The translations under genes were made by a program, and so were the position numbers. A stretch of 64,000 bases of DNA, from assembly GCA_051294375.1 (NCBI GenBank), contig CM119264.1, positions 5,811,621 to 5,875,620 on the forward strand. The letters run 5' to 3'. The notes beneath the pieces were generated by a model, which was not told the DNA's origin, did not search any database, and worked only from the letters and a program-made list of their open reading frames with translations. This DNA comes from Paraspadella gotoi. Its lineage: Eukaryota; Animalia; Chaetognatha. How positions within the stretch are numbered: the stretch's first letter is position 1; the number at the start of each line of letters is the position of its first letter. This document shows positions 1-11,871 of this stretch, in pieces.

Positions 1-473
1 CGATGTCGCCCGCTGAGCGGATCGAAGACGCGTCGAACGACGCTCTGCCGCTTTTCCCATTCCTCCTTAGTCATGGGAGCCATCGAGCGGGAAGAGGGAG
101 CGGGGGAATGGGAGGTCTGGTTTGCGGCGGCGGCGGCAACGAACTGGGAAGACGACGAATCAACGGGTCCGATCGATCTTTCAGATCGCGTCGGTTGTTC
201 CCACGCCCTTTTCTCATTTTTCTTCATTTCATTTTTCTTTTTCTCTTTCTTTTTCTTTTTTCTTTTCAACTTTTTTTTCTCTTTGCGGCAAGATCTCGAC
301 GACGACGACGACGATGTCGAAGATGGTGACGAAGATCGTTTCTTTTTGCGAAATAGAGATGTGGACTTAGTTTCCCGCTCGTCGGACTCCTTATGTTTTT
401 CAGGTCGCCGCTTTTTTCGTGAGCGTCTCTCATCATCGTCCGAATCATTTTGTCGTTTTTTGCTCTTCCCCAT
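1..473 (-). CDS. ARL6IP4: ARL6IP4 / SRrp37-like splicing modulator, 5' part (continues out of the window)
   Basis: Hand translation from ATG 473 gives a K/R/S-rich N-terminus ending ...RSMAPMTKEEWEKRQSVVRRVFDPLSGRHR, matching the ARL6IP4 motif [26 protein letters not shown]. tttgtttag acceptor lies 5 nt before the ATG. Confidence 0.85.
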   Translation of the reverse strand, partial: MGKSKKRQNDSDDDERRSRKKRRPEKHKESDERETKSTSLFRKKKRSSSPSSTSSSSSSRSCRKEKKKLKRKKKKKEKKKNEMKKNEKRAWEQPTRSERSIGPVDSSSSQFVAAAAANQTSHSPAPSSRSMAPMTKEEWEKRQSVVRRVFDPLSGRH

Positions 474-852
474 CTCAACTAAACAAAGGAAATGACTGTT
501 TACGATTGTATATCCTTGCAGTTAAGGTTTCCTATTGGCTACTTTTAAAAATCCATTCGAGAAACACATACGTAATTATAGGAGGGCAATAATAATCATA
601 ATAATCATAATAATAATCATCCCTTATATAAATCAATCAACAACAACGACGCGAACACTCATCAACGTGCAAGAAAGTTCGAAAATTGTAATTATATCGG
701 TTCCTAATAAAAAGTAAAATTTTAAAACGTGAACTTTAAAACATGATTTAACATAAAAAACAATAACATAAAATAAAATTTTGAACAAACACGATTTCTC
801 AAAATACAAGCGGCGCGGCGCGGCGATTCTCGGCTCGATCTGAGATTCCTCT

Positions 853-2588
853 TTAAGAATCCGTCTCCATCACCTTGGAGCCGACCCCGTGCTTTTCGCG
901 GTTGTGCTCCATGACGCCGGTCCGCCCTTGAACGTCCACTTTGCAGTCGCGGCAACGAAAGAACAATCGACATCCTGAATAGCGACAAAACTTCGCCGAT
1001 ACAATTTCAGACTAAAACGAAACTAACAACATCATAAAATACACACCTTTGATATAAACGTCCCACTTCTGGTCAACCACCAAGGCGTCGTCGTCGTCGC
1101 CGTCGTGGTCCTCTTCTTCCTCAAGTTCGTCCTCGCAGCCTTTACCCATATTTTCGATGGCCTCAACGTCGTCGGGCGTGAGACCCAACTATCAAAAAGT
1201 CGAGAAATGAAAAAAAAGTAAAGTCACCACAAAAGTAAAGAATTGCTCTAAAATTAGATATAAGTGACATTTTAACGGGAGAATAAGAGAAGAAGAAGAA
1301 GAAAAACGCGACTGACCTGCTTAACGACTTCGTCGGGTACCCGCTGACACACCAAGTAGACGTCGGTGGCGGCGTCAAGGTACGAAGGGTTCGTCACTTT
1401 GTGTTTCTGTTAAAGAAACATTCTTTGACAGAGAAGAAAATATATGAGAACATGTCTTTCCGACCAACCTCTTTAAGATGGGCATGAAATTCGTTGAGGG
1501 TGTTGTACTTGATCTCAGGGCCGCATCTGTGACAGTGATAGCGATGCAACTTGAGATGTTCACTCATCACGTGGTCGACTACGACGCGGGGATCGTCGTT
1601 GTAGAAAAACTATGTGACATACGACATGACATACTTAGCAAACTGTTGAAACCACATAAAAACAAAAAAAAAGATTCTTGGTGGTGAATTTTAAACACGC
1701 ACCTGACTGCATTTGGGATGTCGTGGGCAGAGAATCTTGGCGGGCTTTTCCGCTGCTGCCCTGGTCACCGTCCCGTAAGATCTCGGTACCCGCGGTTTAG
1801 GCATATCCTCTCGATAAGCGGGATTCTCCTCGGGCACAACGCAAAACCGAGAGGCCTGTTTGACGCTACGAGGAAGGGCTTTGGTACGCAGCGGGTCGAA
1901 CTTGTCTCGTCTTGACCACTGGTGACTGTGCTCTTTCGTCATGTGATCCTCGGCGTTGTTAAAAAAAGGAAAAGCCCTTTCGGGAGCTGGGCAGATTGCG
2001 CAAGAGTAGCGCCTCTCGTTCTCATGAGTAGCCATTAAATGGTCTTCTACGATGGCGACAGAATTGAAACGCTCGTCACAAAAGGGGCACTTGACGCTGC
2101 TTCCAAGCGGACGCTTGCGAACACCCGGGCCCCAGGTGCTATTACCACCGGAAACGCTGCCGCTGGCTCCGATGCCGCCACCGGCGCCGCGACCTCTACC
2201 ACGTCGGGCGGGCGAAGAAACGAGTGATTCTCGCGAATCTTTCTTCCTCTTTTTCTCCTTCAACGCTTCCTCATGATCAAAGTCGGGATCATCGTCTGAA
2301 TCGTCCGTATCGTTACGAGCGCCGCGCTTTCGCGGACTGGATTCCTGTAAAATAAAGGGCAATTGCATTAGTCTAATGAGCAATTGAGCATTTAAATTAT
2401 AAATCTAAAAATAAACTAAAAATGTGACAAGTGAGAAAGAAAAGTGGAAGTTGACCTTTAGTCTCATTTTAAACCAGCGAAATCACCTCATCTACATCTT
2501 TAAACTTCTCCTTCGCAACGGCAGCGGCGCGACGTCGCAGCTTGATTCCCGACAACGCCTCCACCACTTTTTTAGACGCATCATCCAT
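853..2588 (-). CDS. C2H2 zinc-finger protein, 6 exons
   Basis: Exons approx 2588-2485, 2345-1704, 1609-1470, 1406-1317, 1188-1047, 974-853 joined by GT-AG introns in frame. Fingers include CPFC..H..H, CAIC..H..H, CHRC..HLKE/KH and CRDC..HNREKH; stop TAA at 853-855. Confidence 0.8.
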
Positions 2589-2812
2589 GATAGAAAGTCA
2601 CTTCGTTTTGAAAACCGATTGTACCTGGCTCGATAAGAGGTTCAGTCAAAAACAAATCCGCAAACTCGGCCGAATAAAAAACAAGTCAATGTTATAATCG
2701 AAAAAAGAAAAGACAGAAAAAAAAAACTTTTCCCCATTTTCATCATCCGAAATAGTCGAGAAAAAAGGCTTTTTCTGTTTTCGACACTGAAGAAATTCCC
2801 TCCGTCGAGGGA

Positions 2813-3298
2813 CTACCCATCCTGCTTTCCCATTATAAATGCGCTCATAAAGTCGTCTGGCATTTCTGGCTTGGTGTATTCCCCCGAGAATAGGCGGGTC
2901 ATTATGTGATGTTTCTGGGACCAAATATGCTTGACCTCGATCAAATCCTGTTGGCCTTGAGCGACTAGCAAATCGATCGTTCGTAGATCCTTGACGTTCT
3001 TATACTTGACGAACTGCTCTTTGATGGCCACTTTGCATTCCTGCAAAAAAAAAATAAATGAATAAATAAAAAAAAATTAAAAAAAATAAAGGTAATCTTG
3101 CAACTGTTTGGCCACATCTTCACACCGCACCTTCGTATCTTTAGGAATGTCGTACTCGTACGGCAAGCGATCTCCGTAACGAATCCAGGCGCGATAAAGA
3201 TTCAACACTCGTCGTTTGGCTTCCTTTCGATCAGTGGAGTAGATGGGCTTCACCGCCTTGATCAAGTGCGCAGAAGAGGAGGGGAGGCGAGATGCCAT
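2813..3298 (-). CDS. NDUFA6: NADH dehydrogenase 1 alpha subcomplex subunit 6 (LYR family), 2 exons
   Basis: VKPIYSTDRKEAKRRVLNLYRAW and VKDLRTIDLLVAQGQQDLIEVKHIW motifs; intron 3041-3130 is GT-AG. Confidence 0.93.
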
Positions 3299-4432
3299 GG
3301 CCCCGATGGAGGAAAGAGTCACCCCAGTAACTGATTCGCTGATTTCAGCACGATCCGGTCATAAGTCAGCGCATTCTTAAACTTAACTTGCGAAGAGAGA
3401 ATGCATGAATACAAACGATTTGTCACACTGACAAAAAATTTTAAATTTAAGTCGCCCAAAAAGTTTATTATAGCTAAACAAATTTTGGCACGTAACGAAT
3501 CATATTTATATATAATATAAATCATTGTGTTTTAATCCTTTCTTTCGTTGTGATATAGATTATAAATAAATCGTAGTTGCTTCTAATTTCAAACTTTGTG
3601 AATATTTGTCTCTAATAATATAAATCATATTTATAGACCTATCGACGGACAGGGTCGGCCTTGTGATGTGATTGCTTGTCGTCTTCGCGAATCATCAGAA
3701 AGGCGACGAATTACAGATGGCAATTTGATTTTTTTTGTTTTACTTGGCCAAAGAAAAAAGAAGATCGAATAAAATATGATAAATCTTCGTAGAGATAGCG
3801 TAAAACACTGCAAATCAATACATAGTAAACTACGTCTTAGTTCTGAGGAAGAATGCATGCAAAATGTTTCGTAAATATTAAAATAACTATAATTATAAAC
3901 TAGTTAAAATGATCATGGAAGGATTTAAAAGTCAAATTCATAAAATCCAACTGCACAACAAAATATTTTTCTTTTACGCTCTGCCCTGGAAAGCGAATCT
4001 GGTTCCAGCTATTCATCAGCCTCTGTGGGAAAAAAATGAGGCATGAGGATATAGACTATAGACTCTATAGTATAGAGTTATTATGATCATTGATCAAGAT
4101 GGAAAAAATTCAAGAAAAAAGACGATAAAACAGAGATAATTTGGAAAACCGATGACTAGTTAATGGTTAGCAGGTTTTGAACATTAATAACAGCAACTCC
4201 CGAAAACATTACCTTGTTGATATCGAGAATCTGGAATGGCACGGCAACAAAAAAAATAATTCTTAAGTGAGAACTAAGTCTACGATTGTTCGCCTAATCA
4301 CTAAATACAGTAATCGGTACTAATACAGTCGTGAGCGAAATAAAAACAATTACACTGTATAACAACTACAAGAAACACGAAATAAAAAAAAAAATACTTC
4401 CAAGCGTTCGACCATCGCACAGGACTGCATTA

Positions 4433-7040
4433 TTAATCTTCTTCTCCCACTGAACCCAATGTACCCTCGATCATGTAAGTGTCGAGATGTTTGGCCAGAA
4501 TTCTCATCAGGGGGCGAAGCCTCAACCACCACTGTTCCTTCGGGATACGATGCTCAAAGTCGGTGACCAGCTCCAGTTGTGACGACGGAGTAAAGGTCTT
4601 GTGACGTGCGACGATGCCGATGACGACGCAAGATTCCGGCGACGAGCGCGCGTCTTCGTCTTCCTCGAGCATTTCGAGGATCCACTCGACGGCGGCGGCG
4701 GCGAGCTTAGTTGCCATGTTACGATCGAAGGGGCTGGGGTTGCCGCCCTGTTGAATGTGGCCGAGAACGCAGGTTTTGGCAGTGAAGTTGCCCTTGCCGT
4801 CTTCGTTGTAAAGGCGGGTTATGAAATCCGTGGTGTAATTCTTGTTGGCCTGCTCGGCACGCAGCACGAGGGAACGTTGGACGCCGTCTTTAATTTTCGA
4901 CTTGACGTGGTCCACGTCGTTCTGCAGATGCTTTAGAGTGAAAGGCTCCTCAAAGATGTAGGCCTGATCGGCGCCGCCGGCTATTCCCGCCATCGTAGCC
5001 AGATATCCGCAGTAGGCTCCCTGGGTCTCCACCACAAAGACGCGCCTCTTGGATCCCGTGGCGCTCTGCTTTAGCTTGTCCACACAGTTGGTAATCTCGT
5101 TCAGGGCCGTGTCCGCGCCCACGGAGAAGTCGGTGCCGGGCACGTTGTTGGAAATTGTCGCCGGCAACATACAGATGGGAATTCTAAGGCCGGGAAATTT
5201 ATCGCGACTTTCTTGCAGAATCGAAATCGCGCGAAAACCCTCGAACCCGCCAACGACGAAGAGACCGCAAATTTTGTGCTCCTCGAGACGTTGAGCGATG
5301 AGTTCCTTCACGTGGTCATCGGTAGGGAGGTTCCTTTGGCAACCGAGCACGCTTCCTCCAACGGAGTTCCACTGGATGATTTTCTTGGAGTCGAGATTGA
5401 CAATGTTGTCATTGATGAATCCTTGAATCCCGTCGTGCACGGCTTTGACGCCGAATCCCCTGCAAAAGGCCATCTTGGCGAAGGCTCGCGTGGCGGCGTT
5501 CATCCCGCCAGCCGGTGCGCCGATGTGTACGACCGCCAGGTTTCGTGGTCGATCTGTCTCCGATGCTGCTCCGCCAGAGGCGCAAGCCAACTTCTTGTAG
5601 GTAAGCAGATTATTAAGAAAACTTCGACCGCGAAGAGTTGCGGCTTCGACGAAGTTTTTCGCGTCCATCGCCTCTTGCACGGATTTGGTGAGTTTGACGC
5701 ATTGCATCAACGGGACCCGAATGGCCTGGTTCCCGCTGAGAGAGATGACGCAGGGTTCCGTCATGGGCGTGGCCTCCATGAGGGCGATAACAGCCTCGGC
5801 ACCGAGTCGGGTGGCAAGAGTGCGGTCAAAAGCCGATGGCGCTCCGCCGCGTTGAACGTGACCCAAAACGGTCACGCGTGTATCGAGACCCAATTTGTTG
5901 GAGCAAATATCCTTGACGTAATTCGCTGAGATAGGTTTCCCGTCTTCGTCCTGCGCCCCTTCAGCGACCAGGATGATGTTGAGGCGCTGTCCGATCTCCC
6001 GACACTTTCTGAGATGGTCGCAAAAGGACGACTCCCAGTCGCTCTTGGGCGGATCCTCGGGGATGAAAATGTAGTCGGCTTCGCAGGCGATACCGGCGAC
6101 CAGGGCCAAGTAACCGCAGTGTCGACCCATGACTTCGAGAACGAAGGAGCGCCGATGGGAGTCGGCCGTGGTTAGGATGGCGTCGACGGCCTCGACGATG
6201 CGGTGGAGGGCCGAGTCAGCGCCGATCGTCATATCAGTCCCGCAAAAGTCGTTGTCGATGGAGCCAACCATCCCGACGATGTTGAGGTGGGAAGCGGAGG
6301 CAGCTTGCTCCGCGCTTACCTCCCCGCCGGCCACCAGCTCCTCCAGCAAATCCGGCCACTGTTCCTTGAGGCGGGAGGCTCCTGTTAGACTACCGTCGCC
6401 GCCGATGCAGACGATGTTGGTGATACCGCGGAGAACGAGGTTCTTGGCGGCTTTTAGGACGCCTGAACGCGTCCTCATCTCTTGGCAACGAGCGCTGCCG
6501 ATGACAGTACCGCCTTTTTGGATGATGTTGGTAACGTCGGGCCAATGGGCCTCTATGATGTGGTCACCGCCGTCCACCATTCCCTGATATCCCTCGCGAA
6601 TGAGGAAGACTCTTGCACCCACGAAGAGACCCATGCGGACGACGGCGCGGACGGCGGCGTTCATTCCTTGAGAGTCGCCGCCCGAAGTGAAGACGGCCAA
6701 GACTTTGCCTGGAAATTAAGTCGGATTTCAGCTAAAAAAGAAAAAAAAATGCAACAAAAATATAAATAAAAGGTGAAGAGAAACATAAATATATAAGAAA
6801 GATTTTAGCCTCACCCGCGTAAACGCCCCTCGTTATATCCATGTGTGAGGGTCGCGAAACACCGATGGTCTCCACCGGGCTGCTAAAACTGCCCACGCTG
6901 GCACGACTTGACGGGGTGGTCGGGCTCGTCGGGGTGCTTGGGTTCGACTTTTCCTGAAGCGACAATCGCATGGTATTGGCCTCGTGCCAAGTCGTGCTCG
7001 AGCGACGTCGAGTCTTCATCGCGCCTGCCGCCTTCGACAT
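4433..7040 (-). CDS. PFK: ATP-dependent 6-phosphofructokinase (eukaryotic two-domain type), 2 exons
   Basis: AVFTSGGDSQGMNAAVRA, GSIDNDFCGTD, EVMGRHCGYLA, GHVQRGG and WWLRLRPLMRILAKH motifs; single intron 6709-6814. Confidence 0.97.
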
Positions 7041-7623
7041 CTTCTTTACGGTTTTTTATCCGAGATTTAAATAAGAAAAAAATAAAAACCTGAGGTAGGT
7101 GGCATCATTCAAGACGTCTAAGAAAATTAATTAAAATTTAATAAAAACTTAATTTCTGGTAAAAAAAAGTAAAAATCAACGGGTAACGTTTTATAATAGA
7201 CACATTTTCCCCCGATTCTTTGATGGAAAATTCAAAAGTGAACACTGATATAGGTAATAATAATATAGGTAATAATAAAATTTAGGCCCTTTTAAAGAAA
7301 TTATTTTCGCATAACAATATCAAAATTTTGATTGAAATTATTTGATATGATACAAATTTTAGGGGGCAAACCTTGCGGACAAAAATCCAATCGAGATTCC
7401 ACAAGAGTTTGTTCCTGACAAAAATAGTTTCATTATGCGATTTCTGTATATAAGAAGATATGTATTTTCCAACTATTTTAAAATGAGATAGATCAAAGAA
7501 GAAAAACAAATCAAGGAAACGAAAAAAAACGTGTCTATTACTTAGGCACTTGTAACGATAACGAGGAACGAAACAAAAACGTTTCAGGAACTTGAAAATA
7601 TTTTTTAACTAAAAAAAAAATGG

Positions 7624-10600
7624 TCAGATACGAAGGATTTGCGATCGAATGGGTTTCGAGTTCGAGGGATCAGAGGAGACGGAGATTCGACAAAAAGTCC
7701 CCGCGACTTTGCCCTTCGCCAATCTGCCCGGATTTAAGCAGACGCATCCGGAAACCTCCTTGATGAACTGAATGCAAATTCACGATCCTGGTTAATTACT
7801 TAAAAGAGAAGTCCGCATGAAAATTCTCACGACAACCTGCTTCAACTCGGACGGGAGAATCAGAATGTGTGGTTTCTTGGCCAAAAAGCCGTGTTGCTCG
7901 AAGAGAGCGTAGTCCATGTTAACGTCCTCGCTGGGAAACGAAAATAAATGCAGCATAAAAAAATGTTGCATTTTTTGGAACTTGATCAATGACAATGGCC
8001 TCATATTCACCTCGGTGGATGGAGTGGATAGAAAGACTGCTGCGAAAGAATGTGACCGCAAAGTCGAGCTAATCGATCAGAATTCCCAGGGGGAAAACTG
8101 ATCTCTTCGGCGCCCAGGTGAAAGAGGACATCGGTTGAGGTGATGCCCACTAACAAGCCCCCTGATGAAAACACGTTAAAACTAAGTTTCAATCTAAATT
8201 TTATCCCTATTATTGTCAACGCACGCGTAAGTCTTTTATACTCACCGATGGAAAGCAGCGAAGGATCCCAAAAGGACTGGAGGCGAGAATCGACGGGGAA
8301 AGGAAAAGGCGGCTGAGGGTAGACGAAGGAATGATGGACGTCGCGAAGGGACGGGACCATGATGGCGCGACAGGCTCCGTCGTGGGTGTCCATTTCCGTC
8401 TTGATAAGGTCGACCACTTTGACGAAAAGGTCGCCGAAAGTCACGTCGCCCGCCTTGAAAGAAAAGCGCTGAATTGAAGTTTCCAAAATAAAAAGCAATA
8501 GGAAATGATCTGGGAGGCTTTTTTTTTCAGAGAGAGAGAACCTATTAATTAGTACATTAGTGTATTTACTTGACAATTGTTATTAACAACGAGTTCATTT
8601 TTCGCGTCTAAAAACGGGCCGAGAAAAACGCAAATTTGAGGTCGATGTTCCCGCACAAGGCTGAGAAAGTCCTGTAGAGGTTCGTAGGCGTCCGAATCTG
8701 GTCAAAGAACAACATCTTACATACACGTAAAAGTAAATTTGGCACACGGCCCGAGGGTCCTACCAGCGGTTGAGAATGGTCCCGCGGCCACGAAGATCGT
8801 CAAATCTTCCCTCAACGAGGGAAGGGGCATCGATTCCGGCGACAGCGGAGAAAACGACTTTGAGACGACAAAGCACTTGCCCGACGGGTTCGTTCCCTGG
8901 AGCAAGACGGTCTGACCCGGGAAGAGGGAAAAGGCGGGCAAGTTGGCGACGTCGAGCTGGACGACGGCGCCGGCCGACGCATCCCGCGTCCCTTCGAGCA
9001 AGAGACTCTTGGCGTTGAGACGCCCGAGGCCGTCGCAACAAACCCGACCCCCGACGACAGTGGGCACGTGATGGGCCGCGCCTAAGTGCGCCAATGAATC
9101 GACGTCGTGGAGAGAGGCGAGAGTCTCTAAGAGTTCGGAAGAGGCCGCGTCAAGAATGTCGGCGATTTCGCCTGGCCGTTGCATCATAAAGGCAGAGGCC
9201 TTGGGTGGACGGTCTGAAAAGCAGCCCTGGACGTCGACCACGCCCACCGCGACGGGGAGACCGGAGGAAGACGAGGCGTCGCGTGTCCATTTCGTCGAAG
9301 GGGGACAATTGAAAGAATCGACTATCTGTGAGATTTGAATTTAAATAAGCGTGAAAAAATCGAAAACCTGAAAAAAAAATCTTAAAAGCATAAGGATCGT
9401 CGCAATCGCATAAGAAAAATCTGGATTGACGACAAATTTTGATACTAGAAAAAAATTTGAGAAAAGAAAATTAATTTATAAACAGAAAGAAAAATTCTAT
9501 TTTGCAATTGTCATTAAAAAAAAATAAGTACCTTAGAAAATTAAAGTTAGTTTCCCAAAAAAAAAAATTGTCAAAAAAAATAATAAAGTACTAAAATTAA
9601 AGTTACAGTTTTTGGAAAAAAAAGAGAGAAAAAAAAAACTTTTTCATTGTCAAAAAATAAACTGATCAGCAGACGCAGCCCCAGAGAAAAAAAATGAAAT
9701 AAAAACCCGATGTTGCGATAGCAAAATGATAACATGCACAAATGAAAAAAAAAAAGAGAGAAAGAGAGAGAGAGAAAAGCCAAATCGTTTTCCGACAAAT
9801 CAGCAGCGGCAAGAGCAGAGGCACCCAGAAAAAAAGAAATCAAAAGGCAGCAGCAGAAGCAGCAGGAGAAAAGAGAGAAAAAGAATAAGCCCCTGCAGAG
9901 CCAGCTGCAGAGAATGAAATCGCAAGGCAGCTGCAGAAGCAGCAGGAGAAAAGAGAGAAAAGAATAAGCCCCTGCAGAGCTAGCTGCATTCTCGTTTTTT
10001 TTCCCTTTCTCTATGAATCAGTGACTAGGGAAAGAGAGAGGGAGAGTGACATGTAATTAAAAGAGAAAAGAGAGAAAAAGAAATATAAAAATAAAAGAGA
10101 GAAAATTTGTTTGTTTTGATAAAACGTAAACAAAACATATTTAATAACTGTCCAGACTCAATTTTAAGCACATCGATGATGAGAAGCTGTATATAAATTT
10201 TCAGCTTCATACACCCAAATTTAATCATAAAAAAGGCGATCTATAATTTGGAATGCCGACGACGACGACGACTACGCCACTTATGCGCAAAAGCATTACA
10301 ATATCGTCGCGAACGCTAAGCCATTGCGACGATAAAAAAGTAAAAAAAAAACCCACTTGGCCTTTGTTCGTTCTCGATTGGTAAGTCTGGGACGGAGTAA
10401 AGGGCGAAGTGGTAACGTCCCCACGAAACAACTCGACCTTCGGACCGCGCGCCACGCGAGGACTACCGGTCTCAGAGACGAGTCTTTTGGTTCCTTCATC
10501 GTCTAAATATAATATAATATAACATATAACCGATATAAAAATGACCTCTTAATAATCAATAAATCGTAATCAGTAATCACTAATGAAACAAATTCGAAAT

Positions 10601-11672
10601 GATCACCGTCCGGCGAGGCGTGCAGTCGCTTGGCGAGCTTATCCCGGTTCTGAGGCGTCGCGTAACCGGAGGCGATGTCAAGGTCGGCGTCAGACTCTTC
10701 CGCGAGGGGACGTTGGCGGTTCAAGCTGGGCGTTAAACTCGCGCCCGTCAGTCGCGGCTCCTGGCAAAAAAAAATTATGACTTTCAAAAAGCATGATTTA
10801 TGTGAGACTCGCGATAATTTTTTTAATTTTAAACCGTAAAATTAAATGCTCCACAAGTTCGCAGTTTCGTTAATTCTATAAATAAAAATCTTAAAAGTTC
10901 AGTGATTTCGCCAGACGTTACGATCAAAGAAAATTAATTAAAAAATCTGAAAAAAAACAAAAAAAACAACAAAATATTGATATAATAGTAATTGATTGAT
11001 TCATGTAATAATAATTGATTGATTGATGTAATAATAATTGATTGATGCAATAATAACTGATTGATATAATAATAATATATATAAAATGATTTTATAAATA
11101 AAACAAACATGAATATAAGAATATGAAATATGAATCAGAGACAGTTTGAGTTTAGTTTTGACAACGATTTTATTTAAAAAAAAAAAAAATCTTGCTGAAT
11201 AGAAGCTATATCTAAATTTTTAACTTCCTATGGTTACACACTTGAGCTATTTTCAATGTTAAAACAGCCAATTCCGGCATTCGCCCGTCTGGCGAGATAA
11301 AAAAAACGTAGTACAACAAACTTTGCCTTTTTTATCCCCTTCGGAGTTGAAGTGGCTGTGTTTTTTGTCGACTGTCCGATCCAAGCCTCGAACGGAGACA
11401 AGAGTTCGAGTGAAAGCAATTTCTCCGTGACTTTTTTCACGTTGGAATAAGCCATCCATTGATTGAACACATCCTCGGCGCTCATACAGTATTTGTCGCA
11501 GAGATCGATCATTTTCCGTCCGGCCTTAAACACAAGATAACCCTGGTTTGTCTCTTTCGTTCTTTGATCACGAAGGGGGGAATGTCGAGATAGAATGACC
11601 CACCTGATCGTCCAAGGTCAAGTTGAAAGATTCGAACTCCACCTCAAGATCGTCCCGACTCACGCTCACCAT
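7624..11672 (-). CDS. POLA2: DNA polymerase alpha subunit B, ~10 exons
   Basis: Motifs GRVCCDGLGRLNAKSLLLEG, FSLFPGQTV, AAGPFST, LGPFLD, VPSLRDVHHSFVYPQPPF, RLARLCGHILSQQSFYPLHPP, PHILILPSEL and CLNPGRLAKG are spread over GT-AG-bounded exons; ATG 11672, stop 7624. Confidence 0.95.
9375..10338 (-). mobile_element. Helentron/HINE (DINE-1-like) non-autonomous element, family A, in POLA2 intron
   Basis: 5' end ttttATCGTCGCAAT followed by a nearby inverted partner (gcgacgat) forming a hairpin; inverted subterminal repeat at 9396-9406; ends cttttaagatttt in a T-run; internal tandem repeats. A second copy lies at 19264-20813. Confidence 0.65.
10884..11305 (-). mobile_element. Helentron/HINE-like element, family B, in POLA2 intron
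   Basis: 5' ttttatctcgccagacgggcgaatgcc, 3' inverted subTIR cgtctggcgaaatcact...cttttaagatttt, central attgattgat minisatellite. Same ends occur in the spastin intron. Confidence 0.65.
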
Positions 11673-11871
11673 TTTTTACGTTTCCACACCAATATTTTCT
11701 AACGTATATATAAACATTAAACTTTACTAGTAGGACGAATACAAAAATCATCATCTATACAAAGTAAATTTACATACGACAAAACCAATAGGCGAATAGC
11801 TCTACTGTAATAAATATTAACTTGCTAAGAAAATACTTCTGGAATTCTGGATGTGCGAGAAAGAAAGTTTT

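Noticed and set aside
3975-4025. Hammerhead or SECIS at minus-strand CTGATGA
   Set aside because: No GAAA after the stem and SECIS spacing does not fit; no in-frame UGA in the adjacent gene.
4601-6769. Plus-strand ORFs opposite PFK (likewise opposite MSH6, SPAST and the EXD3-like gene)
   Set aside because: Antisense shadows of GC-rich coding sequence with no recognisable motifs.
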